DNA from: Candidatus Nanohaloarchaea archaeon
Lineage (GTDB): Archaea > Nanohalarchaeota > Nanosalinia > Nanosalinales > Nanosalinaceae
Reading direction: 5' to 3'
Length of the DNA stretch: 11,077 nt
Assembly (NCBI GenBank): GCA_046497485.1
Contig: JAWOFP010000036.1
Coordinates: forward strand, 1-11,077
Shown here: in pieces, positions 7,899-11,077 of the stretch
Numbering within the stretch: the first letter of the stretch is position 1
How the letters are laid out: each line of letters starts with the position of its first letter
Translations under genes and position numbers: made by a program
Notes under the pieces: model-generated
The model's database searches: none
What the model saw: the letters and a program-made list of their open reading frames with translations, nothing else
What the model was told of the DNA's origin: nothing

Positions 7899-7906
7899 TA
7901 AACACT

Positions 7907-8878
7907 ATGCCAAAGAAAAGTAGATCTAGAAGCGGTTCACTTGCATACAAGCCAAAAGTAAGGGCTGAAAGAATCTATCCAGACATCAGTACTTGGAAAG
8001 AGTCGGATGAGCTTAAACCTTTAGGTTATGCAGGTTACAAAGTCGGAATGACTCGAGTACTAAGAGTCGATGACACAGAAGGAGCAACAAAAGGACAAGA
8101 AATAGCAACGCCAGTAACTATCATAGAGGCGCCTCCACTAAGAGTTTACGGAGCAAGATTCTATACTGAAGACCTCAACGATGGAAAACAGGCCTTCACA
8201 GAAATATGGACTGAATCTCCTTCAAAAGAGCTTCAGAGAGCAACAGATATTCCAAAAGAAGGTAACATGGACAACCTAGAAAAAGTAAAAGATAACGAAG
8301 ATTTAATTACAGACGTTAAGCTTCTAGTCCACACACAGCCTCAGAGAGCAGGAATTTCAAAGAAAAAACCTGCAAACTTCGAGATGGGAATCGGTGGAGA
8401 CACAGAGGACCAGATCGAATATGCAGAAGAAATGATTGGAAAAGAAATCAATTTCTCAGACGTATTTGAAGTCGGAGAATATGCAGACGCAGTAGCTGTT
8501 ACAAAAGGTAAAGGAATGGAAGGACCTGTCAAGAGATACGGAATCAAGAGACTTGACCACAAGACTCAGAAGAAACGAAGAAAGGCAGGAAACGTTGGTC
8601 CGTGGCATCCAGATCAGTTAAGCTGGAGAATCCCATTACCGGGACAGCAGGGATACAACAACCGTACAGAACTGAACAAGAGAATCCTAGACTTTGACGA
8701 CGATATTGAAAGAGTTCAGAGAGAAGGGGGATTCAAGAACTACGGAGAAGTCCAAAGCGAATATATACTAATCAAAGGATCAGTTCCAGGCCCAGCTAAA
8801 CGACTAGTAAGGCTGAGAACTGCACTGAGAAAAGACGAAAACCCAGGAGAACCAAATATTACACACATTAACAAGTGA
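7907..8878 (+). CDS. rpl3: 50S ribosomal protein L3 (uL3), archaeal type
   Basis: Motifs R.GSLAY.P..RA, GYKVGMT, PVTIIEAPP, VTKGKGMEGPVKRYG, GNVGPWHP, GQQGYNNRTELNKRI, GGFKNYG, IKGSVPGPAKRLVRLR. Strong SD upstream. Confidence 0.98.
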   Translation: MPKKSRSRSGSLAYKPKVRAERIYPDISTWKESDELKPLGYAGYKVGMTRVLRVDDTEGATKGQEIATPVTIIEAPPLRVYGARFYTEDLNDGKQAFTEIWTESPSKELQRATDIPKEGNMDNLEKVKDNEDLITDVKLLVHTQPQRAGISKKKPANFEMGIGGDTEDQIEYAEEMIGKEINFSDVFEVGEYADAVAVTKGKGMEGPVKRYGIKRLDHKTQKKRRKAGNVGPWHPDQLSWRIPLPGQQGYNNRTELNKRILDFDDDIERVQREGGFKNYGEVQSEYILIKGSVPGPAKRLVRLRTALRKDENPGEPNITHINK

Positions 8879-8885
8879 TTCCAAA

Positions 8886-9644
8886 ATGACAGAACTACCA
8901 GATCAGTTCAATGAGAGAGTAAGGCCTGATATTGTTAAGAGAGCCGCACTGTCGATCAAATCAAAGAATAGACAGAGTTATGGCGCAGATGAAGACGCAG
9001 GTCTTAAACATGTCACACGCTGGAGACAGAGAAGAAGAATGTACCGTTCCAGCAAAGGAAAAGGACGTGCAAGAACTCCTAGAAAGATCCAGGTTGCAAG
9101 AGGTATGCAGCTTTTCGGAGACGGAGCAAAAGCACCGAACACAAGAGGCGGACACAGAGCCCACGCACCGACTTCAGAGAAAGACTTTGGAGAAGACATA
9201 AACGATAAAGAGAGAAGAAAAGGAATCAGGTCAGCAATCGCAGCCTCAACAGATACAGAGTTAGTCAGTGAGCACCACAACTATGATGGAGAACTTCCAC
9301 TGATCGAAGAAGGCCTAGAAGGAATCGAGAAAACTTCCGACTTGAAGGAAGCACTCGAAGACTTAGGCCTAGAAGACGAGCTGGAAAGATGCAGCGAGAA
9401 AAAGGTTCGAGCCGGTAAAGGAACCGGAAGAAACAGGAAATATAAGAGAAAGAGAGGCCCGCTACTAGTTGTTGCAGAAGACAACGGTATTCAGCAGGCA
9501 GCAGGTAACCTTGCAGGAGTCGATGTTTCAAGAGTCGAGAACCTGAACGCAGAAAGTCTTTCAATGGGCGCAAGGCCTGGAAGACTGGTTGTCTGGAGTC
9601 AAAAATCATTAGATAGACTAGAAGACGAAGAACTTTTCAGGTGA
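8886..9644 (+). CDS. rpl4: 50S ribosomal protein L4 (uL4), archaeal type
   Basis: Motifs F.E.VRPDIVKRA, RQSYG....AG, GGHRAHAP, IN.KERR..IRSAIAA, VRAGKG..RNRKY, GPLLVV, NLAGVDV, GARPGRLVVWS. Canonical position after rpl3. Confidence 0.97.
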   Translation: MTELPDQFNERVRPDIVKRAALSIKSKNRQSYGADEDAGLKHVTRWRQRRRMYRSSKGKGRARTPRKIQVARGMQLFGDGAKAPNTRGGHRAHAPTSEKDFGEDINDKERRKGIRSAIAASTDTELVSEHHNYDGELPLIEEGLEGIEKTSDLKEALEDLGLEDELERCSEKKVRAGKGTGRNRKYKRKRGPLLVVAEDNGIQQAAGNLAGVDVSRVENLNAESLSMGARPGRLVVWSQKSLDRLEDEELFR

Positions 9645-9651
9645 ATAAAAA

Positions 9652-9921
9652 ATGGAAGAAACTCGTGCATGGGAAGTATTAGAACATCCGCACATGACAG
9701 AGCAGGCCATGGATATGGTCGATAGAGAGAACAAATTAGTTATGATCGTAGACTTAGAAGCTGATAAGAATCAGGTTAAGGATGCGATGGAGACATTGTT
9801 CGGTGTGACGGTTAAAAAAGTAAACACACAGATTACTCCACAGGCGGAGAAAAAAGCATATGTAAGATTGAGCGAGGCCGACGACGCAATGGATGTCGCG
9901 ACCAAGCTCGGAATGATGTGA
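9652..9921 (+). CDS. rpl23: 50S ribosomal protein L23 (uL23)
   Basis: Motifs HP..TE.AM, ENKLV.IVD..A.K.QVK.A.E.LFGV.V.KVNT.IT, KKAYVRL, A.DVATKLG. Synteny. Confidence 0.97.
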   Translation: MEETRAWEVLEHPHMTEQAMDMVDRENKLVMIVDLEADKNQVKDAMETLFGVTVKKVNTQITPQAEKKAYVRLSEADDAMDVATKLGMM

Positions 9922-9928
9922 TAATAAA

Positions 9929-10624
9929 ATGGGAAGTCCACTAAGACAGCAGAGACGAGGAAAAGGAGGACCAAATTATAGGTCCAACCGTGAAGGTAAC
10001 GAGACCAGTCATAGAAGACAGGAGCTTGAAGGAGAAGTAATTGACTTGGTTCATGATAGTTCTAGAAGTGCTCCAGTCGCACTGGTAGAGTTTGAAGACG
10101 GTGAAGACAGAGCTATTGTCGCACCTGAAAACCTTGCTGTAGGAGATAAAATTGAGTTAGGAGTTTCAGCACCTATCGAAGCTGGAAACACTTTACCTCT
10201 TGCAGAGATCCCAGAAGGAGTACCAATTTACAATATTGAAATCCAGCCGAACGACGGCGGGAAGATGGTGAAGAGCAGCGGAACATACGCATTCGTTGTA
10301 ACTCACGAACAAAACAGTACTAGAATTAAACTGCCGAGCGGCGAGTTCAAGAAGATGAACAAAGACTGCCGCGCAACAATTGGAAAAGTAGCAGCAGGCG
10401 GAAGAAAGGACAAGCCTTTCGTCAAAGCCGGCAACAAATCCAAGGCAATGCACGCCAAAGGCCTACCATATCCAAAGGTCTCCGGCGTAGCAATGAACGC
10501 AGTAGACCACCCATTCGGTGGATCAGCAAAACCAGGAAAGGCAAAGACCGTTTCACGCCATGCATCACCTGGCCGCAAGGTCGGAAACATTGCAGCAAAG
10601 AGAAGCGGGAAGAACAAGGAGTAG
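9929..10624 (+). CDS. rpl2: 50S ribosomal protein L2 (uL2), archaeal type
   Basis: Motifs QRRGKG, HD..RSAPVA, GNTLPL.EIPEG, NIE..P.DGGK, LPSGEFK, CRATIG.VA.GGR.DKPFVKAG, VAMNAVDHPFGG, PGRKVG.IA. Confidence 0.98.
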   Translation: MGSPLRQQRRGKGGPNYRSNREGNETSHRRQELEGEVIDLVHDSSRSAPVALVEFEDGEDRAIVAPENLAVGDKIELGVSAPIEAGNTLPLAEIPEGVPIYNIEIQPNDGGKMVKSSGTYAFVVTHEQNSTRIKLPSGEFKKMNKDCRATIGKVAAGGRKDKPFVKAGNKSKAMHAKGLPYPKVSGVAMNAVDHPFGGSAKPGKAKTVSRHASPGRKVGNIAAKRSGKNKE

Positions 10625-10630
10625 ATATAC

Positions 10631-10996
10631 ATGACTTACAAAGGATACGAGCTTGAAGAACTACAGGAAATGAGTATGGAAGAACTGGCAGAAGTAATGG
10701 ATGCCAGGGCTCGCAGAAAACTTAACAGAGGCCTGAGAGATCAGGAGAAACAGGTAAAGGAAAAACTAGAAGAAAAAGGACAGGCCCAGACACACCTAAG
10801 AGGAATGATCGTTCTACCGTCAATGGTAGGATCGACTGTAGAAGTCTACAACGGACAGGGATTCACTCCTGTAGAACTTGAAGAAGAAATGATCGGCCAC
10901 TACCTTGGAGAATTCGCAAAAACCCGGAAGGAAGTATCTCACAGCGCACCAGGACTTGGTGCAACGAGATCTTCAAAGCATGTACCGCTTAAGTGA
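10631..10996 (+). CDS. rps19: 30S ribosomal protein S19 (uS19), archaeal type
   Basis: Motifs YKG..LEELQ.MS.EE, AR.RR.L.RG, THLR.MIVLP.MVG, VYNG..F, EMIGHYLGEF, HSAPGLGATRSSKHVPLK. Confidence 0.98.
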   Translation: MTYKGYELEELQEMSMEELAEVMDARARRKLNRGLRDQEKQVKEKLEEKGQAQTHLRGMIVLPSMVGSTVEVYNGQGFTPVELEEEMIGHYLGEFAKTRKEVSHSAPGLGATRSSKHVPLK

Positions 10997-11002
10997 TTTA
11001 AA

Positions 11003-11077
11003 ATGGAAACAGAAAGCTATCAGGCCTACGCAAAGCAGGAAAACATGCCTGTCTCATGGAAAGATGTTACAGAGATA
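11003..11077 (+). CDS. rpl22: 50S ribosomal protein L22 (uL22), 5' part, runs off the window
   Basis: ATG 11003 reads METESYQAYAKQENMPVSWKDVTEI, matching the uL22 N-terminal A.A....PvS.K...EI pattern. It occupies the expected position after rps19. Too short for the ORF track. Confidence 0.85.
   Translation, partial: METESYQAYAKQENMPVSWKDVTEI

Larger units (their letters stand above)
173..11027. repeat. Dispersed highly iterated palindrome AGGCCT (about 37 copies)
   Basis: Hand-located starts: 173, 344, 612, 922, 1172, 1574, 1781, 2177, 2399, 2876, 3323, 3671, 3844, 5015, 5129, 5240, 5358, 5573, 5780, 5900, 5983, 6454, 6565, 6634, 6968, 7256, 7495, 7606, 7882, 8190, 8922, 9311, 9365, 9573, 10459, 10729, 11022. 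Confidence 0.9.

Noticed and set aside
102..10632. Short alternative-frame and minus-strand ORFs in the track (102..284, 319..645, 371..595, 1328..1543, 1331..1585, 3056..3271, 3935..4288, 5686..5889, 7254..7538, 8341..8562, 8932..9201, 8961..9164, 8978..9280, 9265..9609, 9281..9484, 9771..9974, 10193..10453, 10303..10632)
   Set aside because: All overlap well-supported + strand genes, lack recognisable motifs, and lack the acidic composition of this proteome. They are best explained as shadow ORFs.
1..11077. Mobile element, diversity-generating retroelement or intein
   Set aside because: No transposase, integrase or reverse transcriptase, no terminal inverted repeats, no near-identical template/variable repeat pair, and no intein motifs were seen.

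Overview
Archaeal chromosomal window, most consistent with a nanohaloarchaeon (DPANN): archaeal-type ribosomal proteins, very acidic Glu/Asp-rich proteins, and only about 40-42% GC (estimated by eye). All credible genes are on the + strand. Positions 1-7786 are a cell-surface locus. It holds a 5'-truncated membrane-anchored protein with a PGF-pre-PGF-like domain, followed by three overlapping genes: an N-anchored Ig-like stalk protein, a 1571-aa secreted GLUG-repeat/Fn3-like/LamG adhesin, and a class III signal peptide (type IV pilin-like) protein. Positions 7907-11077 are the start of the ribosomal cluster rpl3-rpl4-rpl23-rpl2-rps19-rpl22 (the last partial). Three signals stand out beyond the gene calls. 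(1) The palindrome AGGCCT occurs about 37 times by hand count versus about 2 expected, in all three codon phases and in both long intergenic spacers, resembling a HIP1-type highly iterated palindrome. (2) A two-hairpin 5' leader pairs with the rpl3 Shine-Dalgarno and is a candidate archaeal ribosomal leader. (3) The coupled stalk-adhesin-pilin operon is a candidate host-attachment apparatus.
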